From: Eledone cirrhosa
Taxonomy: Eukaryota
Direction of reading: 5' to 3'
Assembly (NCBI GenBank): GCA_964016885.1
Contig: OZ024742.1
Coordinates: 354,392,001 to 354,456,000 of the forward strand
DNA length: 64,000 nt
Both the position numbers and the translations under genes were made by a program. Positions 42,613-55,461 of the stretch are shown here, one piece after another. The notes below the pieces were generated by a model. That model was not told where the DNA came from and made no database searches. It was given only the letters and a program-made list of their open reading frames with translations. How positions within the stretch are numbered: position 1 is the stretch's first letter; every line of letters begins with the position of its first letter.

Positions 42613-43305
42613 GGGGTGTCAGGGAGGGGCATGTACCTCTATAGGGAGGGCTAGCCATGCCCTTTTCAGGACAGCTCGTCCTGCCTTGGGTCCCACCTGA
42701 CACTCAGCTCTCACCTGTGGCCCCCAGACTGTAGCATGCAACAGCGGCCAAATCCCGGTAAACCGCCTTGGCTGGTGGGCCGAACTAGGTTGAGGGTAGC
42801 CGGACGGGTCTGAAACCCCCCGGTGAGTTAGATAGCGGATGCCTGCCCCTGAATGCGAAGATTGGACCCGGCGGAGTGAGTGGAGGAGAACAACATTGTC
42901 ATGGCGACAACAAACAATATGGAGTGCTAGGGCACGTCAAGGCACTATAGACGTCATGGCCATCCACTGCAGCCAAGGAAGTCCCTGGTTGTGAAGGTCC
43001 TCCGTACCACCGTATTCTAGCTTCTGCGCTCGAGTGAGTGGGACAGTCACTGTGCACTGGACCTCCCACTATAAACCTTTGCCGCAATGGTTTCTTCTTT
43101 AGGTGCAATCCCAAAGCCCTGCGGCGATGGGTGAGAGGTGGAGGTAACCTCTGGGAGTTGCCGGTCTGACTCTGGTCCCTTCCCCTGCCTCCACAGTCCT
43201 CGGACCTGCAAGTTAAGGATCAGCCTCAACAGCCACCGTCGTGCCCACGGCAGACGGGAACAACAATATGGATGTCATCATCGTTTGCGATGGACAACCA
43301 CGATT
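42613..43305 (+). mobile_element. internally deleted RTE derivative (5' UTR plus 3' tail) with HDV-like ribozyme fold at the 5' end
   Basis: RTE-like 5' sequence GGGGTGT..CTCACCTGTGGC..CAGCGGCCA.ATCCCGG..GGGCCGAA.TAGGTTGAGGGTAGCC; RTE-like 3' end LNSHRRAH and GATGTCATCATCGTTTGCGATGGACAACC. Confidence 0.6.
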
Positions 43306-43367
43306 TATGTATGAATGTATATATGTATATATATATGTGTGTATGTAAGATATATATATATATACAT

Positions 43368-44337
<970 letters not shown>

Positions 44338-44741
44338 ATAACTTCTACAGTTCTAATACTGTTTCATTGGTGAGAAATCATCAGGAATCTCATGACTATT
44401 TCTTACGAATGAAACAGTTCTAGTCCTGTAGAAGCTCTTCGATATTAAATATTTTTACTCTGGTTTGTATTGAGCACCTTACTTACTCTGGTTTCCCCGG
44501 GATAAACTTATATATATATGTATATTAACTGTATATATTGAGTAAGGAACTCAAAATTGTTTCTAACAACAAAATAGCTCTAAGAAACAGATATTTCTGA
44601 GCCATATATTATAACAGAATATAAAAGAAAATCGAGTATTCTTTTCATCTCAGGGAATCACGTCCCTTACGATTTGAACACATAAATGTGTGTTTGATTT
44701 TCTTTTATATTCTATTATAATTATATATATGTATATATATA

Positions 44742-46060
44742 CTAGCAGTTTAGCCCGGCGTTGCTTAGGTTTGTTAAATTGCTATGACAAGTTACATACA
44801 GGTAAACGTGGCTTGAAATCGAATAAGCTTATCAATTAAGTACATAAAGCAGTTGAACCGGTTATTATAAGTTACGAACCAATTAGCATGTTGGACAATC
44901 AATGATGGGTTAATAATCTTCCAATAGCGAATTTAGCAGACCAAAGTTGCAAGATGGTGGCCCTGATGCCACTGGATGTCAGATCTCTCTGACATGGATG
45001 ACCCTACCAGGAAATAGATTTCCAGACGGCATAGCTCCAACACCTCCAACACCTGCACCCACATATATAGCACCTCTTTCTAGACGATATTGCGTGTCAT
45101 CCCTTGAGAAGTGTAAGCAAAACGTACATTCTTACTCCCTACGCGGGACCAGGCAACATAAATTGGCCATGGGAGGAGCATGGCTCCCCCAAAAGGATGC
45201 CCGCCACCGACAATGTTTACCCTTGTGACTTGTTAATGGACATGGCAAAATATGGTCTCACCGGGAATTGGGATCGCCGGAAATCTAACGGGATATCTGA
45301 CGCCGAGGAGAAAAGATTCATCCTTGACAGTGTATTCGGCAGAATTGCCAGAAGGTCAACACTCTGGGTGTTGTCATATTAATATTTAACCAATGAAAGT
45401 CGTAAAAAATAAATGATTTAAACATTCCAATTCGTATGTCAATAGCATTAATCTGTTATATGAAGTGTGATTTTGCGGGTTGTTATTTGCAATAAGCCGA
45501 TTTAAAAGACCCAAGAAAAGCCGTATGACAATACAGAACTCCAATGACTCCCCCAGCTGTTAAAGTATAGAGAGGGGGAATAATCTATTACAGAGAGAGG
45601 GAAGAGCGATGAAAAAAAAAAAAAAAGCTAAGAAACTAATGGGAGGTGTGTAAAACAGTGTTGTCATATAGAGAGTGTAAAGCGACAGAGAGTGTAAAGC
45701 AGTTAAACTATATAGAGGGGAATTATCTATTATAGAGAGAGAGATGAGCGACGGAGAGAGCGTTATGACTATGTCTCTTGTAAAAAATGATGTGTTGCTT
45801 AGTTTTCAAAGTTTATGTCGCGTTCCTGATCGAAGTTTTGTAGCTGTTAGGTAGTAGAGAGAGTGAATAAGCGTGTAAGAGAGAGGGTTACAAAATGTAT
45901 TTAGTTTTATCGATTTTTTTCATAGAAGCAGGACATTTTTGGCAAAGTTTATTACGCATTGACCATCGTTCTAAATTTGGAGCATATTGGAAAAAGAATC
46001 ATCAAAATCGGTAGAGAAATGTGGAAATGCATAAAAATCATACACACACACACACATGCT
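44742..46060 (-). mobile_element. non-autonomous Helitron-like element
   Basis: Minus-strand 3' end ACCTAAGCAACGCCGGGCT..CTAG|T, like 7535-7566. The other boundary is approximate. Confidence 0.55.
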
Positions 46061-46187
46061 TCTGCATATGGCGTTTTAACATATTATTTAGCTCTGCTTT
46101 TTTAACTATGGAGCGCTTGCCAGCATTATATCTGATCATTGCGTTTCGTTTCACTTCTTCTACCCGCCGAAATGCGATTCTCGCTGA

Positions 46188-46282
<95 letters not shown>

Positions 46283-46324
46283 CATGTATATGTATATATG
46301 TATATATATAAAATTCCGGAATAT

Positions 46325-47230
46325 ATAAAATTCCGGAACCAACAAATTGTATTACGTCGGATGTACCGCAACTTCTTTCAAGGCTCGCCTATACAAACAT
46401 CGATCTTCGATCAGGCACGAGAAAATGCGCTCCGTAACAACCCTCGCCGATAAAGCCTGGCAGCTCCGGAGGAACAATCAAGCATTCTCCCTTGATTGGC
46501 AAATTATTGCAGCTGCGCCTGCATATAAGCAAAATCATCGATTCTGAAAGTTATGCAATTTGGAGATATACTGCATTTTAACGTCGGTAAACAAACTTTT
46601 GAACAGCAAAATTGAACGTTCTCTATACTGTAACCATCGTTTGGAAAGGACTTTTTTCTTTTTTAAATGCATATAATGTTACCTTTTTACACCACCGTTT
46701 GCAAATTTCTGTTTTATATGTTTATACACAAGATATGGCTTTCTATAATAATAGTACTAAACACTGTTTTCTGGACCCCTTTAGAAATAACCTGCTACTA
46801 TAATAGCCCCAATAACTTGTCTGTGACACTGTACCACTTTGACCCCTGTAACTAAATTTTGTCCGAACAACACCACTAGAAGAATTTACTTCCCCCGCCA
46901 ACCCTAACACGCCTCATTAAGCTAACTGCTACCAAAACATTCTCCCCTTACAATCTCTACTAGTCTGACAGTCTTAAATCCTAAGACTCCCTCCACCTTA
47001 CTCACTTCCCTCTTCCCCTTCTCTTCCTACCTCCTTCTTTATTTTTTATCTAGTGTATAAAATATTTTCATATCATTCCAATACAAAGGTCTGACGACAT
47101 GGTGTGTTTGCTTACAGTGTACCTTCGGTTTATGATAATATGTTTATATTATTCAAATAGCGAGGTATAGGTAACACATACACTATAGAAACAATTGTTA
47201 CCTAATAAATTCTGTATACCCGCATTTCCA
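46325..47230 (+). mobile_element. Naiad-type PLE 3' fragment (GIY-YIG) plus 3' UTR/pLTR
   Basis: [55 protein letters not shown]; close relative of the element at 48965. Confidence 0.88.
47087..47203 (+). ncRNA. type I hammerhead with ~90 nt extended stem II
   Basis: AGGT-CTGACGA-[ATGGTGTGT/ATACACTAT, TTAC/GTAA, TACCT.CG/CGAGGTA, ATAATAT/ATATTAT]-GAAA-CAATTG-TT-ACCT. Confidence 0.8.
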
Positions 47231-47247
47231 TTTCTTAAACTTCTTCT

Positions 47248-47645
<398 letters not shown>

Positions 47646-47687
47646 TATCTATATACATATATATATCTATATATATCTATCCTTTCA

Positions 47688-47801
<114 letters not shown>

Positions 47802-47807
47802 CATTAC

Positions 47808-47858
<51 letters not shown>

Positions 47859-47989
47859 TACTGAAAGGATAACAAGGACGATTGGTAACTCCTTCATTAC
47901 ATGTATTAGTAGATGACGCGCGTTTCGCCACTAATCAGCTCAAGGTTCGATCTGTATCACTACTCGACCTTCATACTCTTCCACAAACA

Positions 47990-48920
47990 TTACATGTCGT
48001 CGACTGATGAACACTTATGGCTCCACAGGTGCCTGCTTCCCTTTTCTTGTGCACTCTCCGCTTGACTCTTTAGACCTGCCATGCTCAACCAAACCCCATT
48101 ACAGGTCTCACATGTCAGGTCAGGCCGTCTTACAGTGCCTTCGGAAATGCCAACATGGATTCCTTTCCGGACATCTATTTTTACTGTCGCGTGCCTTCTT
48201 CTTGTTTCCTCAAACATACACTTGCCACTAGCCACTGCTTTCCCCCAATGCGATCGGTCCCTAGCGCATGCTTCCCTGTGCTGACAAGGGATGTTACATT
48301 TCTTGAGCGCCCCCTTGATGCAGTCCTTAAAACGCATCTTGGGCTTGCTTGCGTTTCTTTTTCCCATTTGGAGCTCGCCATAAACAGCTGCATCGGCATT
48401 CGCTTGTCATTCATCCATACAAGATGGCCTGTCCAGCGCAGCTGATGTTTCAAAATCAAGGACTCGACACTATCACAGCCACTTTTGTCCAGAACCTAGA
48501 CCTCACTGACAAACATTTGCCAAGATATGCCGAGGATCCGACGTAAGCAGTACTGGTGGCACCTCTCAAGTCGCGTCATCTGTCTACCGTAGACCACCCA
48601 CATCTCACAAGCATAAATAAGTGCCGCGATCACACACGCATCATGCACTTTGAGCTTTGTCTCTACCGAAATTCCGTGTTGAGACCAGAGACGCTTGTTC
48701 AGTTTTCCAAAAGCATCACTGGTTTTCTGTATCATGTTTGATATTTCCCCATCAAGATGGCAGGACATACTCAGAGTGCTCCAAGATATACAAAAGTGCC
48801 AACGACACTTAGCCTTTCACCATAAACCAAGATGTTGGGCTCACAACATGGCTTCGCAGGGGCTGGTTGGTACATGGTTACTGTCTTTTTCAGGCATATG
48901 GTAAGTCCCAATGCAGTTCA

Positions 48921-48925
<5 letters not shown>
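47990..48925 (-). pseudogene. RTE-clade LINE ORF 3' fragment, frameshifted
   Basis: AFGKLNKRLWSQHGISVETKLKV..LIYACEMW..CLRRILGISW; QLRWTGHLVWMNDKRMP; RFKDCIKGALKKC..CETC. Confidence 0.85.
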
Positions 48926-48961
<36 letters not shown>

Positions 48962-49110
48962 TTTAAATGAACCATTTACTCATGGTATTCTCATTAGAAA
49001 CCCTTTATATACTTGTTTAGCAGTAAATTGAATTACCATCTGTCATATACTATCCCCTCTCTTCTTCCTCTATTACTAATATAAATACTTCAATTTTTCT
49101 GATTTTATCC

Positions 49111-49246
49111 AATTTATCCAAAATCTCTGAAGAAGTGACAACTGATTATACATTTGCTATCGAATACTTGCTAACATTATATGATTACGCAAGCAGCATA
49201 AGTATTCCGTCTGTTACAGAAACATATGTCAATACCTAATAAATTC
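49111..49246 (+). ncRNA. hammerhead-like motif in pLTR (second copy about 52217-52356), long stem II, weak proximal stem I
   Basis: CTGAAGA-AGTGACA..GAATAC..GTATTC..TGTTACA-GAAA-CATATG-TC; shares the downstream ACCTAATAAATTC with 47087-47203. Confidence 0.55.
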
Positions 49247-49444
49247 CTTTTTAAAAAAAACACTTTCATTTTATATTCATCTTTTCTACATTTTCTCCGG
49301 AATATAATTTATACTCGTTGAGCAAACCTACACGTACGCTGTTCATCTCTAACGTAACGATATATTATCACTACATTATTGATAACCTGAAATTTTATTA
49401 ATCTCCTATACAGTTGAGCAACTAATTCAGCATACGCCTCTAAA

Positions 49445-51762
49445 ATGGAAAGCACCAATTGGATATGTCGTTAAAAAAGATACCTATTCAGGCAAAAAGG
49501 GAATATATTCTAGGTATGATACGAAGGACCAATGATTTTATTCGACGAATCAGATGGAAAACTTTCCATTTTGACAAAAGCCGTATAAACCAAACATCGG
49601 ATCTTAACAAGGATAAATTTGGATTTAAATCTTACAAGAACCTACCCTCAAACCCACTTTTGGATGCATTTGAACAAGACCAAATGGATATGATCATGGA
49701 GATCATATTTACAAAACGGAAGAACAATAAACTACAGAATGACATCGCGGCACTGCTCAAAAATCTAAAAAACCCCAATGGAATTATTGTTAGAGCAGAC
49801 AAAACATCAAACGTATATACCATGGATGTGGACACTTACAATAACTTCATCCGTAAGGAATTGCATAAAAAATACAAGAAAACTAATGAAGCTACACTTA
49901 AAAACATCAACAACTCGGCATGTGAAATTGTTAAAAAACTTTGTATTGACGATACAACGCAACCTTTAATACCAGCTATACCATCCTTCAACCTGAAGGA
50001 CCACAAGGTAAACTTCGATACTAACCCTAAGATTAGACTTATATGCCCCTCTAAATCTGATATAGGCAAAATTAGCAAATATATACTAGACAGAATTATC
50101 CCCCAAGTTAAGGTTAAAGTAGAAATCAAACTATGGGGTAACACTCATGAAGCAATAAGATGGTTTAATAACATTACTGATAAGAAAAAATCAAAATGTA
50201 TTCAGTTTGATATTGATGAATATTATTCCTCAATTTCACCTGATACTCAACATGAAGCTCTTTCGTTCGCTAAGGCTAATTCCGACCTTACGGATGCTGA
50301 AATTAAAATTATTATGGAAGCGAGGAAAACTATAGTTAAATTCGATGATAGCTACTGGGTTCGCAAAGATAGACCATCTAATTTTGATATTACTATGGAT
50401 TCTAATGATTCGGCGGAAGTAACAGATCTTGTGGGAATTTATATCACCCACAGACTACAAGGAAAATTCAAGGATCTCCACGGTGGAATCTACCGTGATG
50501 ATGCGCTCCTATTAGTTAAGCATATGAATAACCAGAATTTAGAAAGGATGCGTAAAAATATCAGAAAGCTTTTTAAGGAACTAGGATTAAATATTACATT
50601 TGAATATAACCTCAAAGAGGTCAATTTCCTTGATGTTACTTTGAATCTCAATACAGATACGATTAAACCGTTCCATAAACTAAATGAGAACCTTAAATAT
50701 GTAAATACGAGTTCTAACCATCCACTCTCTATAATTAAATCCATCCCTAGAAATGTTTCTCTTAGAATCTCCCGTCTGTCGTCCAACCAACAAACCTTCA
50801 AAGAACATGCCGAATATTATGATGATGCACTTAGAAAAGCCGGACACCTAGATAATATAGAGTATATAGTCGAAGATCACCAAAACACCCAAAATAAATC
50901 CCATAGGAGTAGAAATAGCACAGAATCACCACCATAAATACACTACCGCAATAGACACAATAATAGTCGCACACCACCAAACAGAAGGCGTTGTAAAGAG
51001 TATATTTGGTACAACCCGGTCTATAACAACTCTATTAGAACCAATCTACCCTCACAATTCTTTCGATTAGTTAAAAAACACTTTCCAACATCACATAAAT
51101 ATAATAAAATCTTAAACCCTAACACTATTCGACTTTCATATTCAACCGCCCCTAATATTGAACAACATATAAAAAAATTTGACGCAAAACGGTTGTATAA
51201 ACGCCTTCCAACACATAACAATACACGTAAAACATTAGCTATAACATCACAAAACAACAAACAACATCCTGTCCTACCTAAGCAACCTCATCAACCCATC
51301 CATGACATTACAACAACGCAAAATTATAATTGCAACTGTGTCCAACCAGTAATGTGTCCGTTGAACAATCAGTGTCTTGAACGCAACATCGTATACAAAT
51401 GTACTATCGAATCGAATAGACAGAAGTGGTACTATGTGGGATCTACAGCCACCTCCTTCAAATCACGCATTTATAGACATCGTTACTCGATAAAACATGA
51501 AAACCAGCGTTATGTAACAGCACTCGCAGACAAGGCTTGGCAGCTGCGTGAACATAACCAACAATTTCACCTTAAATGGAATATAATGGCGTCTGCCCCG
51601 CCATAATACCGCGGATAGGAATTTTGTAAATTATGTAATGTAGAATTATTTTCTATTATGAAATCCAAAAACATTTTATTAAATAACAGAATAGAGCGAT
51701 CGTTATACTGTAACCATCGCTTAAAATCTACATTTTCATATTATAAATACCACCAGGATTGA
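49445..51762 (+). pseudogene. PLE polyprotein (RT plus C-terminal GIY-YIG) with in-frame stops at 50935, 51604 and 51616
   Basis: SLKKIPI..FIRRIRWK, ADKT, FDIDEYYSSI, FDITMDSNDSAEVTDLVG, YRDD and NFLDVTLNL; CNC..CPL; YYVGSTATSFKSR; CKLC. Confidence 0.92.
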
Positions 51763-52501
51763 ACGCCAGTCTCTACAAAATAGATATTAACATTCTCTAT
51801 TAGTCTTAATTCTATCAACTCTTCTATTATTGACCATTTAATATAAACTACTATAGATAAAATGAGATTTCTGATTTCTTAATTCAATTCCCTAATGCAC
51901 ATACCAGCTGGCTACTAGCATTGATGTTATTCAGTAGCAATCGAAATCTCCCCCTTCCCCAATTGACACTTTATAATTAATACTACTACACCAAATGACC
52001 AGCCCTGTCCACTGTCCAATTGGTCAAGTAGAGATTAAAATTGGCACTCCCAAAAATTCTTATTTAGATAAAATGAACCATTTACTCATGGTATTCTCAT
52101 TAGAAACCCTTTATATACTTGTTTAGCAGTAAATTGAATTACCATCTGTCATATACTATCCCCTCACTTCTTCCTCTATTACTAATATAAATACTTCAAT
52201 TTTTCTGATTTTATCCAATTTATCCAAAATCTCTGAAGAAGTGACAACTGATTATACATTTGCTATCGAATACATGCTAACATTATATGATTACGCAAGC
52301 AGCGATACATAGGTATTCCGTCTGTTACAGAAACATATGTCAATACCTAATAAATTCCTTTTTAAAAAAAGCACTTTCATTTTATATTCATCTTTTCTAC
52401 ATTTTCTCCGGAATATAATTTATACTCGTTGAGCAAACCTACACGTACGCTGTTCATCTCTAACGTAACGATATATTATCACTACATTATTGATAACCTG
52501 G

Positions 52502-52561
<60 letters not shown>

Positions 52562-52589
52562 ATGTATATACATATGTATATATATATAT

Positions 52590-52633
<44 letters not shown>

Positions 52634-52667
52634 GTGTATACGTATGTGTATATATATATATATACAC

Positions 52668-52700
<33 letters not shown>

Positions 52701-53566
52701 TTATATAGAGATTACAGTAATCAAAGTTCAGTTTAAGTCATTTATTTGCTTACAATTGTTTCCTCCAAACCGAGGTTTGGATTCTTCGGAGCAACTATTT
52801 ATAACATACTTGACCTCATGATATATTATTTACTTGACAGCATGATATATTATTTAAGAACCGACTGGATACGGTTTATAGCTTGACTATATGCTGAACC
52901 ACCGCGAAGTATACGATAGACGCGTGTTCTCTCTATATATATATTGCGTCTCATGGATTATGTGAGTGGTGGTGTGAGCAAGGACAGTGGTACGGCCTTG
53001 CCTACGATACAATAAGGTTTATAGTATGTTGAAGGTTTTTGATATTTTGGTGTTTTCCCGCATCCGAGACTGTATATCATACAGATGTATGAGAATAAAT
53101 GACTTAATAATTCAGCCTACATAATAAGATCGACTGTCTGCTTCAGCTGCCTGACCCTGCAAATATCATTCTGACGCACTCTAATCATGTATAAATAAGA
53201 CACGCGTGCATGCTGCACGGGAGATTGTTTCATACACTGACTACTCTAAGCTTTCCTCTTGCTTTATCTTCATAGACTGCCAATGCTTCATGTTTATCTT
53301 TATTTTCACTCTTATTTTCACTCTTGTTTTTATTTTATTTTTATCCTGTAACCCTTATATGTAATTTGCCATGCTATATCATTTGATGAGTGTCACCCCA
53401 CTGTTGATCAATATGCGCATATGTTTTATGTGTCTCTTGGGTTGAAAAGGAGGTCAAGTATGTTATAAATAGTTGCTCCGAAGAATGCAAACCTCTGTTT
53501 GGAGGAAACAATTGTAAGCAAATAAATGACTTAAACTGAACTTTGATTACTGTAATCTCTATATAA
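52701..53566. mobile_element. element with ~117 bp terminal inverted repeats, each containing an outward-facing hammerhead (52746-52794 minus, 53473-53521 plus)
   Basis: TTGCT-CCGAAGA-A TCCAAAC CTCG GTTTGGA G-GAAA-CAATTG-TA-AGCAA. Confidence 0.8.
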
Positions 53567-55461
53567 CTGCTCTGTAAAACAACTGATGTTATTACATTGA
53601 GCTATTTATGTTACTGGTAACAGGATAGTAATTAATGACTATCTCTCAATATTTAGGGTTTGTGTATATATAATATATTACCATTAAAGGTTTTATTGCA
53701 TACATAAACATAAATAGTACCCTTAATACTATATATATATATATATATTAGAAAGTGATGTTTTTTTACAAGATGAAAAATAACCGAGGTGTTCTACACA
53801 AGTGAAAGTATAAAGAAAATAAGATGAAATCGAAAATGCAACTGGAGTCTTATTTTTATAAAATATATATATATATTTTAAAAACAAGACTCCAGTTGCA
53901 ATTTCGATTTCATCTTTTTTTCTTTATATATATATATATATATATATAACAAAGTATAAAATAAGATAAAGTAATAGACACAAATATGTACCTATATTTC
54001 CTTCAAAGTTCCGACTGTACAGTTTCGCTGGTCAGTTTGCAACAATTGCACATTAGAGATGTGCAATATTGATGTGAGGAACACCAGCGTTTCAAGGAAT
54101 TAGTCAGGGAAAGAACGCCTTCCAGACACGTTCGTAGCAAGTGAGAAAATCTCAAAAGACGGAGGGAGAAATTACCACATGACACAACGGTCAAGTTAAG
54201 GGAACTGAATCCCTTGTAGCATGTGAAAAATATCTCAGAAGACGGAGGAAGAAATTAATTCATGATACAGAGCTTTCACGCGGGTAGTAAGGTGGACTGA
54301 AAGCGATTATAATGTTTGCTTAAAAGCAGTTACTATAATTTCAGGTTAACGCAACCATAAGGTAGTTTGAGACAATATCATGATGAGAGACACACATATA
54401 CATGTGTATACATACATACGTATATATATATATACTAGCTTAGCTACCCGGTGATACACGGGTATTCTATGAAAGTTACAATATATTTGGCACACATTAC
54501 AAAATATTTGACCATTAAAATATGATTGCTGAATTTTAACCAAAGTAGGAATTATAGCAGAATATTTATTGCCGTTTGGTCAAAGTAAATCATCTAGATA
54601 AACGTTTTTTCCAGTGGTGATTGTTTGAATACTGCTCCCTATTGCAGTCAGCACATATAATGCTTTACTCATACATGAATGATTAGGTATGTTGTCAAGG
54701 CATGACCAAAAAACCCCCAAAATACATTTAGATTTGTTTCTTTATCCTTTTCGTTCTTTTTTTTTTTTTTGTTTTGCTCAATCTGAACTACTGAAATTCA
54801 AACAACATGTACAGACTATTTTAAAAACCGTAAATAAAATAATTGTTTCTACTTTTGGCACAAGGCCAGCAATTACCCAGTGTATTACCATAAATAAAAT
54901 AATAAAATATATTTAGCATTGGTTTATGATTGAATGAACCATTTACTTACTCATTTCTGTAATTCGGGGAAAGTGTATTTAAATTTGTACACTAGCTGTC
55001 ACCAATCTTGGCATCTATGGCAGTAGGATCTTGTTTGAGGGAGATTTGTTTTCTATTTCTATTAGCTATACGTACAGTTATATTGGCTCACATGACATAC
55101 ATAGATACATACACCCACATGTATGTGTGTAAAACAGTTGTTTCTGATTTGAAATGGATTTTGCTAATATTTCTAGTAGATCGAGATATCATATAGAACC
55201 ATTCCTTTTTGCTCCATACACATATACATAGCTGAGAAAGTAAGGTCGGATTTGAAGGAAATGTGGCTGCTATTTCTACCCAACAATGTCCTCACTTATA
55301 CTACTTTATATAGCAGAGGCACACGGGAATGCCTCCATATTCTTCCAAAGCAACACCATGCAGTACATTTGCGGCTTCAGAATTCCTTGCAAACTACATG
55401 ACTAAGGAATTAGGATGTGTGTGTATTGTCATTGAATGAGGAATTACGACATTGCTCATTC

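Larger units (their letters stand above)
48965..52509 (+). mobile_element. near full-length Naiad-type Penelope-like element with direct pLTRs (48965-49398 and 52071-52509)
   Basis: ~435 bp near-identical direct repeats flank a single ORF; (TA)n on both sides. Confidence 0.93.
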
